This document shows, one piece after another, positions 9,067-18,023 of a stretch of 64,000 bases of DNA; position 1 is the stretch's first letter, and each line of letters starts with the position of its first letter. A program made the translations under genes and the position numbers. Location of the stretch: positions 699,648 to 763,647 of the forward strand of contig CAVRVS010000002.1 in NCBI GenBank assembly GCA_963724705.1. The letters are read 5' to 3'. The notes below the pieces were generated by a model, which saw nothing but the letters and a program-made list of their open reading frames with translations, had not been told where the DNA came from and did no database searches. Source of the DNA: an uncultured Actinomycetota bacterium (GTDB lineage: Bacteria; Actinomycetota; Actinomycetes; Mycobacteriales; Micromonosporaceae).

Positions 9067-10221
9067 TCAACGTTCGTCGACCGCCGGTGTTCTCGCGGCC
9101 ACGGCCGGCGCAAGGTCCGTCTCGGCCGCGGCCGGCGCGAGGGCCGTCTCGGCGGCGGCCGGCGTGAGGGCCGTCTCGGCGGCGCCCTTGGCGAGCCAGC
9201 GATCGGGCATTGTCGACACGCGACTGAGCACGCCGCGATGTTCCAACAGCACAAGGTGCGCCAGCGTCTCGCCGATCGCTGAGCGCCGCACGAAGCCGCG
9301 GTTCTCCGACCAGTCCCGTGACCAGGTCAGCCGAGCGGCCGCGGCGAAGGTGGTCAGGCCCGGATCGCTCCGTACGACGTCGAGAACCTCGGCCAGCCGA
9401 GCGTCATGGTGGCGCCGCAGATCTTCGGAGCGGTCGGCGAGGCCTCGGAACCGATATTCGTGTGCCGGCAGCACCTCTGCCGACGTGAATCCGGCAACCG
9501 CGGACAGCGAGTCGAGGAACGCGGCCAGGGGATTGGCGAGACCACTGACGAATGCGGAGATGTTCGGGCTGATCCGGGGCAGCACGTGATCGCCGGAGAA
9601 GAACACGTCGTTGGTCGTGTCGTGAAAGCACAGATGGCCGGGCGTGTGCCCGGGTGTCCACACCGGATACAGGTCCCAGCCGCGTACATCGACCCGTTCG
9701 CCGTGACGCAGGAGTACGTCTGGTTCCGGCAGCGATAGCAACGTCTGAACCCGTTCGGGTGCACCGGCGAGTTCGTCGACCTCGTCCGCGGGCACGCCGC
9801 AGGCGACGAGCCACCGCCGGATGCCGGCCACGATCGAATCGGCGTCGCCCCGCCGCCGTGGCAGGTGAGCGGCCTCCTGCTCGTGCATGCCGATCCAGGC
9901 GCCGGATTCCTCCCGTACGCGTCCGGCCAGACCGTAGTGATCCATGTGCGCGTGGGTGATGAGGATCGCCCCGACGTCGCCGACGGAATGACCGATCTGG
10001 GCGAGCCCGGCCCGGAACGCCTGCCATGCCTCATCGGTGCCCCAACCGGCGTCGATGACAGCGATGCCGTCGGGCGTTTCGAGGACGTACACAAGGACAT
10101 AGCGCAGGACGCTCGGCAGCGGTACGGGCACCGACCACAATCCCTCGCGCACCTTTTCCACCGGCGGCATGACGTGATCGCGCCACGCGTCGAGTTGTGC
10201 TCGACCAGTCACATCGATCAT
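9067..10221 (-). CDS. MBL-fold metallo-hydrolase with C-terminal repeat tail
   Basis: HxHxDH motif (ILITHAHMDHYG) plus downstream His/Asp ligands (TPGHTPGH). GAGGA lies 8 nt upstream of ATG 10221. The track ORF extends to 10305. Confidence 0.8.
   Translation of the reverse strand: MIDVTGRAQLDAWRDHVMPPVEKVREGLWSVPVPLPSVLRYVLVYVLETPDGIAVIDAGWGTDEAWQAFRAGLAQIGHSVGDVGAILITHAHMDHYGLAGRVREESGAWIGMHEQEAAHLPRRRGDADSIVAGIRRWLVACGVPADEVDELAGAPERVQTLLSLPEPDVLLRHGERVDVRGWDLYPVWTPGHTPGHLCFHDTTNDVFFSGDHVLPRISPNISAFVSGLANPLAAFLDSLSAVAGFTSAEVLPAHEYRFRGLADRSEDLRRHHDARLAEVLDVVRSDPGLTTFAAAARLTWSRDWSENRGFVRRSAIGETLAHLVLLEHRGVLSRVSTMPDRWLAKGAAETALTPAAAETALAPAAAETDLAPAVAARTPAVDER
9103..9183 (-). repeat. 27-nt tandem repeat x3, in-frame (AAETAL-x-PA nonapeptide) at the C-terminus of the MBL hydrolase
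   Basis: ggccggcgcaaggtccgtctcggccgc / ggccggcgcgagggccgtctcggcggc / ggccggcgtgagggccgtctcggcggc, read directly. Confidence 0.85.
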
Positions 10222-10308
10222 CGGCAAATCCTCGCTGTCCCCGGCCGATCCGGTCGCTGCATACACAGCGCGGCCACGCGATCGCACCGTGCCGGGGCGA
10301 TCCACGCC

Positions 10309-10380
10309 ATGCGCCTCGCGGCTGCGCTACGCATCGGCGGTGTCATGCGCCTCGCGGCTGCGCTACGCATCGGCGGTGTC
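10309..10380. repeat. Perfect 36-bp tandem duplication in an intergenic region
   Basis: atgcgcctcgcggctgcgctacgcatcggcggtgtc occurs twice back to back (10309-10344 and 10345-10380). Each unit has ATGCG...CGCAT inverted ends. Confidence 0.9.
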
Positions 10381-10524
10381 GCCGATGGCCGAGTTCATCG
10401 TCTACCCGCGACGGTCTGCATACATCCGGCGAGTGGCGAATCGCACAGCTGCGCGATCGCACGACGGACCCTGGAAGGAGTCCTGAGGGAACCCGGAAGG
10501 AACGGCGACCGAACCGCGAAAAAC

Positions 10525-12096
10525 TCAATCGAGCCAGGCGCGGACGCGGCGCCGCCGCGATCGGCGTCGCGCTCGAGCGAGATCGGCAAGCTCGCGGTCT
10601 CCGGCGGAGGTTTGCCGGGCGTAGAGCAACCCGTAGCTGAAGGCGTTATCGCCGTCGAGGTGTGCGCGCATCCCGAAGTCGCGCAGAAGCTGGCCGGTCA
10701 CGACGGTGTCCTGGTACTCGCCGAGGACGTCCTGCAGGATCTGTAGACGTTTCGCCAGCCGGCGCGCCGGCGCGCCCGCGTCCGGGGCGAGCGCTTCGGC
10801 GGCGTACCGTGCCCGCTTGTACGCCTTGCGAGCATCATGGAGCGCGACATCGCGGCTCCGTGGCACCGACGACGGGACGGCGATACCGGTCGGCTCGTCC
10901 GGCAATTCGAGGGCGGCGTCTAGCCGTACGTCTGCTCGCCGCACCGCCTTGCGTGCCGCCCGGCGCAGCCCGTCGCCCGTCGGGGGCCGGAGATCGCCGT
11001 CAACGACCGCGTCCAGCTCATCGAGGATGTGCGCGTAGCGCGGGCTTGTCATGGCGGCGGCGAGCGCGTCGCGCGCCGCTGCGGTCGACGTACCGAGACG
11101 TTCATGGATGCGTGTCGCGACCGGACCGACAATCGTGTCGGGCGGCTCGGCCGCGAGTGCCTTGTCCAAGCGGGTCCGCATGACGTCGCCGTCCCGTACG
11201 GCACCGAGCAGACCGCCGAGCCACTGGAGTTCGGCGCGCAGCGGTTCGGTCCGGCTCCGGTCGAGCATCGATCGGAACGTACGCAACGTCGCCCGCAGCC
11301 GCCGGATCGCGACGCGCATGTCGTGAACGCCGTCGGGATCTCCGGCACGGACGAGGGGATCGTTGCCGATCAGTTCGTCGCGGTGTTGACGCAGATAGGC
11401 GGCGACTGTCCGCTCGCTCCAACCGTTGATCGGGCCAGGCACCGCGGCCCGACTCGTGTCACCGCGCGCCAGACCGCCGCCCGCGCCCGGATAGAGATCG
11501 CCCAGAGCCTGCGCCAGTTTGGACGGGCTTTCGGCCACCCGCGCGCCCGCCGCGACGAGGGCGTCGCTCAACGTTGCGAGGAACTCACGCGAGCCATCGA
11601 CGAGTTCAGCCTCGAGTTCGTGCCACTGGCGGGTCGTCGGCTCGCCGCCGGCGGCCTCGTACGACTCGCTGGTGACGGAGTCGTCCGACATGAGGGCGAG
11701 CACGGCACCCTCGCTGTCGCGGACGGCCCGCTCCATCCGACGGTTGCGGATCCGCGCGATCGGCACGAACGCATCACCCCGCGACACCGCCCAGACCTCG
11801 GCGATCAGCTCGTCCGGCACCTTCCGGCTCCGCGTGGTCGCCGGCAGCTGCAGCTCCGTACGGTCGCCGCCGGCCGGGCGCTTGAGGTGCCAGCCGGCAT
11901 CGTGGCCGCCGCGCCGCCGGCGCAGTGTCATGCGATGGCGGGCGAGCGCCAGGCTGATCGTGTCGTAGTAGGTCGCGTCCAGATTGAGTTCGACCGGATC
12001 GTCGACCGACGCCACGCCCGGGACCGCGGTGAGATCTGGCAAGGCGAATCCGTCCGGTGCGACGAACTTTTGTTCGATTTCGGTCGTTGTCGCCAT
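10525..12096 (-). CDS. CYTH and CHAD domain-containing protein
   Basis: N-terminal ExExK signature (TEIEQKF) of CYTH triphosphate-tunnel enzymes. The C-terminal helical, His/Arg-rich region is typical of CHAD (HDMRVAIRRLRATLRTF...HDARKAYKRARYAAE). Confidence 0.8.
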   Translation of the reverse strand: MATTTEIEQKFVAPDGFALPDLTAVPGVASVDDPVELNLDATYYDTISLALARHRMTLRRRRGGHDAGWHLKRPAGGDRTELQLPATTRSRKVPDELIAEVWAVSRGDAFVPIARIRNRRMERAVRDSEGAVLALMSDDSVTSESYEAAGGEPTTRQWHELEAELVDGSREFLATLSDALVAAGARVAESPSKLAQALGDLYPGAGGGLARGDTSRAAVPGPINGWSERTVAAYLRQHRDELIGNDPLVRAGDPDGVHDMRVAIRRLRATLRTFRSMLDRSRTEPLRAELQWLGGLLGAVRDGDVMRTRLDKALAAEPPDTIVGPVATRIHERLGTSTAAARDALAAAMTSPRYAHILDELDAVVDGDLRPPTGDGLRRAARKAVRRADVRLDAALELPDEPTGIAVPSSVPRSRDVALHDARKAYKRARYAAEALAPDAGAPARRLAKRLQILQDVLGEYQDTVVTGQLLRDFGMRAHLDGDNAFSYGLLYARQTSAGDRELADLARARRRSRRRRVRAWLD

Positions 12097-12187
12097 CGTG
12101 AGTGCCTACCCGTCGGTTGCCCGATGAAACGGGGGACCAGCTCCCTTCCTACCACCTACCGGCGGTGTCTGGGTCCGGTCACGAGGC

Positions 12188-13285
12188 TCACTGCGCGGCT
12201 TCGAACGCCTTGCCGACGTCGGTGACCTTGGGGCCACTGGTAAACAGTCCGGTGCTCGGGCCGTCGTCGGCGGCCGGCAGCGCAAACCACGCATAACGCT
12301 GCAGGAATGACAGATTGTCGAGCATCTTGGTGGAGGCGGTCACGAATGATGCTTGCTCGGATTCGCTCGGATAGTGGGTGCCATTCGAGAAGTTGATCAG
12401 GGCATACTCGGTCAGCCAGATCGGCTTGTGGTAGCGGTTCCAGACCGCTTGGAGATAGGACTTCAGCTGGCTGACCGCGGCACTCGTGCTGAAGTCCCCG
12501 CCGTACCAGTGCAGCGCTATGAAATCGACCCGGTAGCCGCGCGATCTGACGCCACTCATGAACTGGTCGAGCCACCCGCCCGGCGTCGCACCACCGGTGG
12601 CCACGGCGGGGGAGCCCAGCGTCTGGCCGGTCGCCTGGAGCTTCGGCCACAGATCGAGTGCCTGCGTGACGGACATATTCGATTGGCTTGACATGTCGGG
12701 CTCGTTGAATCCGAGCAGGTAGTGCCCGCCCGACTTGGCCTGGGCGATCGACTGGGTGGTGACGCTGCCGCTGCCCCAGATCATCGGCACGAAGTCGACG
12801 CCGTGCGGGGTCGTGATCCCTGCGTGCCCGGCCGCCCACGTGTAATACCACCCGGCGCCAGATTGCCTGAGTGCGGTATCGACGCCATTGAACGACCAGA
12901 CCGACACGCCCTTGCGCGAGCTCGCGGAGGGCGTGCCCGGTTTCTGCGTCGACGCGCGAGCGGGCGTCGATCGGCCCGAGCTGGGCGTCGCTGTGCCCGA
13001 AGCGGAAGCGTGACTGCCAGTCGCGGTGGGCGAGGCGTCGTGCGCTCCGGCGCTTCCGGTCGACCCGGTCCGCGGGTACGGCGAGGCCGATGCCGCCGCG
13101 GCGGCATCGGACCCATCGCGGTGAGCGAACTGGACGATGAGAACCGCGGCCGCGGCGACGACGAGAATCGCGAGCGCCGCAGTGAGACCCCGCCACCGTG
13201 CCGAAGCCGGTCGCGCGGCCCGGTGTGCGCCCATCGATCTACGCGGTTGCGGGTCGTCGTTCGCGCCGGTCCCGGGCGTCTCCAT
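12188..13285 (-). CDS. Secreted glycoside hydrolase, Glyco_hydro_cc (PF11790/GH128-like)
   Basis: N-terminal signal/anchor (LTAALAILVVAAAAVLIV) and a Ser/Thr/Ala-rich linker. Clan GH-A hallmarks LLGFNEPD and IWLTEYA. Alternative start at 13234. Confidence 0.75.
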   Translation of the reverse strand: METPGTGANDDPQPRRSMGAHRAARPASARWRGLTAALAILVVAAAAVLIVQFAHRDGSDAAAAASASPYPRTGSTGSAGAHDASPTATGSHASASGTATPSSGRSTPARASTQKPGTPSASSRKGVSVWSFNGVDTALRQSGAGWYYTWAAGHAGITTPHGVDFVPMIWGSGSVTTQSIAQAKSGGHYLLGFNEPDMSSQSNMSVTQALDLWPKLQATGQTLGSPAVATGGATPGGWLDQFMSGVRSRGYRVDFIALHWYGGDFSTSAAVSQLKSYLQAVWNRYHKPIWLTEYALINFSNGTHYPSESEQASFVTASTKMLDNLSFLQRYAWFALPAADDGPSTGLFTSGPKVTDVGKAFEAAQ

Positions 13286-13368
13286 CCAGCGGGCATCCTT
13301 CCCTCAGCGCCCGTACGCTACCGCGCGGTCGCGACCACCGCGATGCCGCCGAGGGGTCAAACCACCCG

Positions 13369-14442
13369 TCAAACCGGCGGTGGCACGGTGAGGTCCGGCG
13401 CGGTTTCCGGCACGCCGCCGCCGACCTCGGTGAGCTGCGGTACGGCCTTGTGCTGGGTGATCCACCCGTCGATGCGCGCCCACCAGGAGTAGAGCCACTC
13501 GACCCGGCCGTCGATATCGCTCGGGATGTCGGCCGGGTTCTCCAGCCACCACTGCATGATGATGGCCTTGTCCATCGGCAGTTCGCGCCATACGTCGGCG
13601 ACCGTACGCAGATGGTCGACGCCGGTGTGCCCGACCAGGACGACGGTGGCGCGCGGGCTTGCCTCCAGCGCCGCGAGTACGCCGCCGGGGCGCGGCGGAA
13701 GCACGTTGTGCATGCGCTCCGCCCGCCGGGCCATGGCCTGCAAGCCCAGGCGCCGTAGTCGCATGATGCCTCGCGTCCAACGTTCCGGAGTGAAGTTGCC
13801 ACCCTCCGGGAAGATCAGCAACGCGTCGTCGTTGTCCAGGTCCTTGGCCAGATCGGCGATCTGCTGCTCGGCCTGTTCACCGCCGCCTGGCGCGATGAAG
13901 CGGTTCGGCAGCCGGTTGAGGAGCACGTCGATCACCGGATCCCACTGCAAGCTGTCCTTGACGACGATGCGCGGCTCCCGGGCGTACCAGTTGATGAGGG
14001 CGTGGGCCAGCAGGAACGAGTCGCCCGGGCCGGCGTGCCGGGATAAGACCAGCAGCGGTCGCGGCCGCTGCAACGAGTCCGGAGTCACCCCATCGATCTG
14101 TACGGTCAGCCGCAGGACCCACTTCGCCTGCCGGTAGAGGATCGCAAGCGCCTGTCCGCAGAGCCGATAGTGCGCGCGCTGGAACGCGGGCGACCGCACC
14201 CGCCAGCCAAAGCCGGAGGCGATCCACATCGCGAACATCGCGATGAGCGCACCGGACTCGACGAGTGAGTATGTCGTCGCGAGCCACAGCACGCGAACTG
14301 GGCGGAGCCGACCGGCGACAAACGGCGACAGCGCCGCCGAGACCAACAGCCATAGTGGCGATGTGCCCAGCAGCGCCAGCGACAGCGCGACGGCGAGCGG
14401 CGCCAGCGCAAGCCGGCGCACCCAGCGTGGTGGTGGCCTCAC
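13369..14442 (-). CDS. Lysophospholipid (PlsC-type) acyltransferase family membrane protein
   Basis: N-terminal TM helices, then acyltransferase blocks LSRHAGPGDSF (HX4D-like) and LIFPEGGNFT. Its GTG start overlaps the patatin stop (GTGA). Confidence 0.7.
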   Translation of the reverse strand: MRPPPRWVRRLALAPLAVALSLALLGTSPLWLLVSAALSPFVAGRLRPVRVLWLATTYSLVESGALIAMFAMWIASGFGWRVRSPAFQRAHYRLCGQALAILYRQAKWVLRLTVQIDGVTPDSLQRPRPLLVLSRHAGPGDSFLLAHALINWYAREPRIVVKDSLQWDPVIDVLLNRLPNRFIAPGGGEQAEQQIADLAKDLDNDDALLIFPEGGNFTPERWTRGIMRLRRLGLQAMARRAERMHNVLPPRPGGVLAALEASPRATVVLVGHTGVDHLRTVADVWRELPMDKAIIMQWWLENPADIPSDIDGRVEWLYSWWARIDGWITQHKAVPQLTEVGGGVPETAPDLTVPPPV

Positions 14443-15269
14443 GTGTGCTCCTTGAGGAACGCCGCCGACGCTTCGTACGCCCGGTCGATGCGTCGCTGTG
14501 CGGCCCGCAGGTCACGGTACGCCAGTGGCGAGTCGTCGCGCTTCGAACCGGCTCCGGGCGGCAGTACGTGCACGGTGACGTCCGGCGGCACGGCGGCCAT
14601 CTCGCGGGCGAACCGGTGACGACGGGAGATCTCGAAGGCCACCCGGGCGACCTCGACCACGTTTCGGGGCGCGATCAGCGGTCGATCGATCCGGCCGACC
14701 TGCAGGACGTACACGGTGGCGGCGCCCAACTCGACGGCTCGGCCGACCGGGATCGAGTTGACGATGCCGCCGTCGATGTAGTGCTGGCCGTCGATCGCGA
14801 TCGGCGGAAGGAGCCCCGGCACGGCGGCCGAGGCGAGGACGGCGTCGACCAAGGGACCACGGCTGAACCAATGCTCGGCCGCGCGCTCGATGCTCGCGGC
14901 GCAGCACTCGAACCGTACCGGCAGATCCTCGAAGCGATGCGCGTCGCGTAACTCGCGGTCGAGCATCGCGCGCAGCGGTGCCGTTGAGTGCAGGTGCGTG
15001 CCGCCCCGCGCGAGCCGGGCGAGCTGGCGGGGCGCGGAGTCGCCGAACACGTCGCGGGCCTGTTTGGACGCCCATAGGTCGACAAGACGCCCGATGACCG
15101 AGATCGTCGGGTCGGCCGCGACGAGGGCACCATTGATCGCGCCGATCGATGTCCCGACGATGATTTCCGGGCGGATCTCCGCCTCGAGCAGGGCACGGAC
15201 CATGCCGACCTCGACGGCGCCGAGCACACCGCCGCCGCCGAGCACGAATGCGATCGGGCCGTCCGTCAC
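14439..15269 (-). CDS. Patatin-like phospholipase
   Basis: Oxyanion GGGxxG (VLGGGGVLGA), nucleophile GTSIG (GxSxG), and a DGG motif near the C-terminal part. Start assigned to GTG 15269 (AGGA upstream), downstream of the MerR stop. The longer track ORF overlaps the MerR gene. Confidence 0.8.
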   Translation of the reverse strand: MTDGPIAFVLGGGGVLGAVEVGMVRALLEAEIRPEIIVGTSIGAINGALVAADPTISVIGRLVDLWASKQARDVFGDSAPRQLARLARGGTHLHSTAPLRAMLDRELRDAHRFEDLPVRFECCAASIERAAEHWFSRGPLVDAVLASAAVPGLLPPIAIDGQHYIDGGIVNSIPVGRAVELGAATVYVLQVGRIDRPLIAPRNVVEVARVAFEISRRHRFAREMAAVPPDVTVHVLPPGAGSKRDDSPLAYRDLRAAQRRIDRAYEASAAFLKEHT

Positions 15270-15300
15270 CGGATCATCCTTGCATCGGTACGGAGCGAGA

Positions 15301-15990
15301 TCATGTGGAAGCCGGGCCGGACGCTCTCTGTGGCGTCCCCGACGGCAGCGGAAGCTCCTGTGCCGCGCCCAGCCGTACCATGCTCGCGTGTTCGTGGGCG
15401 AGCAGGCGCAACGCTGCGAACAACGCCTCGCCCAGGACGGTGCCGAGCACGACGAGTTCGAGCATGCGCACCGCTTCGCCGCGCGCGACCACATTGTCGA
15501 CCTCGACCTCGGCCAGGGATAGCGCGCTCGCGGCGTACGTGTCCAGATTGTCCAGCACCTCTGGCGCGTTGACCGTACGGAGCGCGGCAATCACGTCGGC
15601 CAGCTGATCGCGAGCCGGCGCCATCGGCTCGACGAACCAACCGCGCTCGGCCACGTAACGGTCGGCGGCCGCGCGGGCATCCCGCCAGGCGTCGGTGTCG
15701 CGATCGGGGTGCCGGGTCGGCAATACGGCATGGTGAGCGACACCGAGCAGATCATGGGGCTGTAGATCGGTCCGGCTGAGAGCGGCTATCACGTCACGCG
15801 CGGCCGAGATCGATACGCCGCCGACATCCAGCAGCGCACGGATGAGTCGCAGCCGCTGGAGGTGGGCGTCGCCGTAATCAGCCTGATTGGCGGCCCGAGT
15901 CTCGCCCGGTTCGAGTAGACCCTCGCGCAGGTAGTACTTGATCGTCGGTACGGCGACGCCGCTGCGCCTGCTGAGTTCGCCGATGCGCAT
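15301..15990 (-). CDS. MerR family transcriptional regulator
   Basis: MRIGELSRRSGVAVPTIKYYLREGLL is a canonical MerR N-terminal HTH. GGAGG lies 5 nt upstream of ATG 15990. Confidence 0.85.
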   Translation of the reverse strand: MRIGELSRRSGVAVPTIKYYLREGLLEPGETRAANQADYGDAHLQRLRLIRALLDVGGVSISAARDVIAALSRTDLQPHDLLGVAHHAVLPTRHPDRDTDAWRDARAAADRYVAERGWFVEPMAPARDQLADVIAALRTVNAPEVLDNLDTYAASALSLAEVEVDNVVARGEAVRMLELVVLGTVLGEALFAALRLLAHEHASMVRLGAAQELPLPSGTPQRASGPAST

Positions 15991-16133
15991 CCGTGCCTCC
16001 ATCGTCCGGCCGCCGTCGTCCCGCCTCGGCTTGTGCCGCTGCCGCTCATGTCACCGCCGCTGTGCCGCCGCCGCTCGCGCCGTCGTCGCAGCGCCCGATT
16101 CGGCGAATCCCTTGCGCGGATCGCCGACTCGAT

Positions 16134-16173
16134 GGATAGTGTACCTATCCGTTTATGGATAGCGATGCTATCC
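16134..16173. promoter_or_regulatory. Two tandem 17-bp palindromic operator-like sites (GGATAG-N5-CTATCC), 23 bp apart
   Basis: GGATAGtgtacCTATCC (16134-16150) and GGATAGCgatGCTATCC (16157-16173). Both are preceded by AT and followed by GT. They lie 47-86 nt upstream of the DUF4188 ATG. Confidence 0.55.
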
Positions 16174-16219
16174 GTGCAGTCGGGCAAGGTGGAACCGATC
16201 GCGACGTGGGGAGGCCGAG

Positions 16220-16741
16220 ATGGCCAAGGTGACGGCGGGACGCATGACTGCGCAGGTGGAGGGCGACTTCGTGGTGTTCCTTATCGGCATGCGCGTCAAC
16301 AAGCCGTGGAAGCTGCACAAGTGGATCCCGGTCGCAACCGCCATGGGACCGATGCTTCGGTTGCTGTCCAAAGAACGTGACCGCGGCCTGATGAGCTTCA
16401 CGTCGTGGGTCGGCCCGAGCGGTCCACTGATCGTCCAATATTGGCGCAGCGTCGAGCAGTTGGAGGCCTTCGCGCGCGATCAGAGCCTGTCGCACCGCAA
16501 GGCGTGGCAGCGATTCAACAAGGCCGTCGGCGACAACGGAGACGTCGGGATCTGGCACGAGACGTTCGAGGTCCGCGACGGCAACTACGAAGTTTTGTAC
16601 GGCAATATGCCGCGCGTCGGATTCGCGGCGGCCGGCGACTTCATCCCGGTCAAAAACTCGATGCGTTCCTCTAGCCAGCGGAGGGCACAGAATGCCGGCA
16701 CGGTCGAACCGGAGATCGAGCAAAACGCGGTCACGTCGTAG
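16220..16741 (+). CDS. DUF4188 domain-containing protein
   Basis: GDFVVFLIGMRVNKPWKLHKWIPVATAMGPMLRLL...VQYWRSVEQLEAFARD...GIWHETFEV matches my memory of the DUF4188 family. GGAGG lies 6 nt upstream of the ATG. Confidence 0.75.
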   Translation: MAKVTAGRMTAQVEGDFVVFLIGMRVNKPWKLHKWIPVATAMGPMLRLLSKERDRGLMSFTSWVGPSGPLIVQYWRSVEQLEAFARDQSLSHRKAWQRFNKAVGDNGDVGIWHETFEVRDGNYEVLYGNMPRVGFAAAGDFIPVKNSMRSSSQRRAQNAGTVEPEIEQNAVTS

Positions 16742-16783
16742 CCGTGTAGGGCGGCTTAGCCGTGGCGAGATCCGCCGTCGCGC

Positions 16784-17185
16784 CTAGGCGCTGGTCGCGG
16801 GTGGGCGGCCGATGGACTTTCCGGCCGGGTCCGCCGTCGATCCCGGGCAGGCCGGAAGATTCTCCGCTGCCCACGTGGTGAGCTCCTGGAGTGCCGGCAG
16901 CAAGGCCTTGCCGGCGGGAGTCAACGCATAGTCCACGGCCACCGGCGGACCGTCGTCGACCGTACGGCTGACCAGGCCGGCGCGGGACAATTCGCCCAAC
17001 CGGTCGGACAGCATCGAGTCACTGATGCCGTGGACCGAGCGGCGAAGCTCAGAAAACGTGGCCGGCCCGTTCAGTAGGGTGCCGAGCAAAACGCCGTTCC
17101 AGCGCTTGCCGAGGAACTCGAACGCATGGGCGAGCGCCGCGTCACATGCCTGTGGCTCGTGGTGCACCTCACTCGCTCGCGTCAC
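16784..17185 (-). CDS. HxlR family transcriptional regulator
   Basis: FLGKRWNGVLLGTLLNGPATFSELRRSVHGISDSMLSDRLGELSRAGLVSRTV is an HxlR-type winged helix. Divergent from a nitroreductase gene. Confidence 0.85.
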   Translation of the reverse strand: MTRASEVHHEPQACDAALAHAFEFLGKRWNGVLLGTLLNGPATFSELRRSVHGISDSMLSDRLGELSRAGLVSRTVDDGPPVAVDYALTPAGKALLPALQELTTWAAENLPACPGSTADPAGKSIGRPPATSA

Positions 17186-17260
17186 TGCTCCATCATACCA
17201 ACGTGCTAACGTCTGCCTCGTTACTAGTTTTTCCGAAGTAGCCAGGGAGATGAGAGCTTC

Positions 17261-17902
17261 ATGACGCAGGTCGTCGACGAAGAGCGGGCCATCGACGGGT
17301 CGACGGTGACCCTGAGCCGGCTCGATGATGAGGCACGCGCACTACTGTTCACCGAGGCACGCACGGCCAACAGCTTTGCGCCGACGCCGGTCACCGACGA
17401 AGAGCTGACCTCGATCTGGGAGCTCGCGAAGTGGGCGCCGACGGCGGCGAACGTACAGCCGCTCCGGGTTCTCTACGTTCGCCCGGGTGAGGGTCGTGAG
17501 CGCCTGGTCGCCCACATGAGCGAGGGCAATCAGGCGAAGACAGCCAGCGCGCCGGCGGTGGCCGTACTCGCCATGGATACGTCGTTCCACGAGCACATCC
17601 CCACGGTGTTTCCGTTCCGGCCCGAGCTCAAGGACTACTACGCCGCGGACGACGAGTTGCGCGCCGGCTCCGCCCGGACCAACGCGACGTTGCAGGCGGC
17701 GTACTTCATCCTGGCCGTGCGCGCCAACGGGCTGGCGGCGGGACCGATGGGCGGATTCGACCCGGCCGGCATCGACGCCGAGTTCTTCCCGGACGGCCGG
17801 TTCAAGACGATCCTCGTGGTCAACATCGGACATCCAGGCGAGAACCCGTGGTTCGACCGGCTGCCGCGCCTGCCGCACGATGAGGTCGTGTCCTGGGCGT
17901 GA
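17261..17902 (+). CDS. Nitroreductase family protein (RutE / malonic semialdehyde reductase-like)
   Basis: LLFTEARTANSFAPTPVTDEELTSIWELAKWAPTAANVQPLRVLYV is a RutE-like N-terminus. AGGGAGA lies upstream of the ATG. Confidence 0.8.
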   Translation: MTQVVDEERAIDGSTVTLSRLDDEARALLFTEARTANSFAPTPVTDEELTSIWELAKWAPTAANVQPLRVLYVRPGEGRERLVAHMSEGNQAKTASAPAVAVLAMDTSFHEHIPTVFPFRPELKDYYAADDELRAGSARTNATLQAAYFILAVRANGLAAGPMGGFDPAGIDAEFFPDGRFKTILVVNIGHPGENPWFDRLPRLPHDEVVSWA

Positions 17903-17977
17903 CGGTGTAGGCCATCGATCCGGCGGGCATTCGTCGGATCCGGGCGTCGGTCAGCGCATCGTTGACATGTCGGAGGA

Positions 17978-18004
17978 GTGGACGCTGGCGCGCACAGCGT
18001 CCAC
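17978..18004. terminator. 10-bp stem hairpin between convergent genes
   Basis: GTGGACGCTG-gcgcgca-CAGCGTCCAC. Lies 20 nt downstream of the Cys-rich ORF stop (minus) and 76 nt after the nitroreductase stop (plus). Confidence 0.55.
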
Positions 18005-18023
18005 ACCGGTGGTGCGCCAGACG

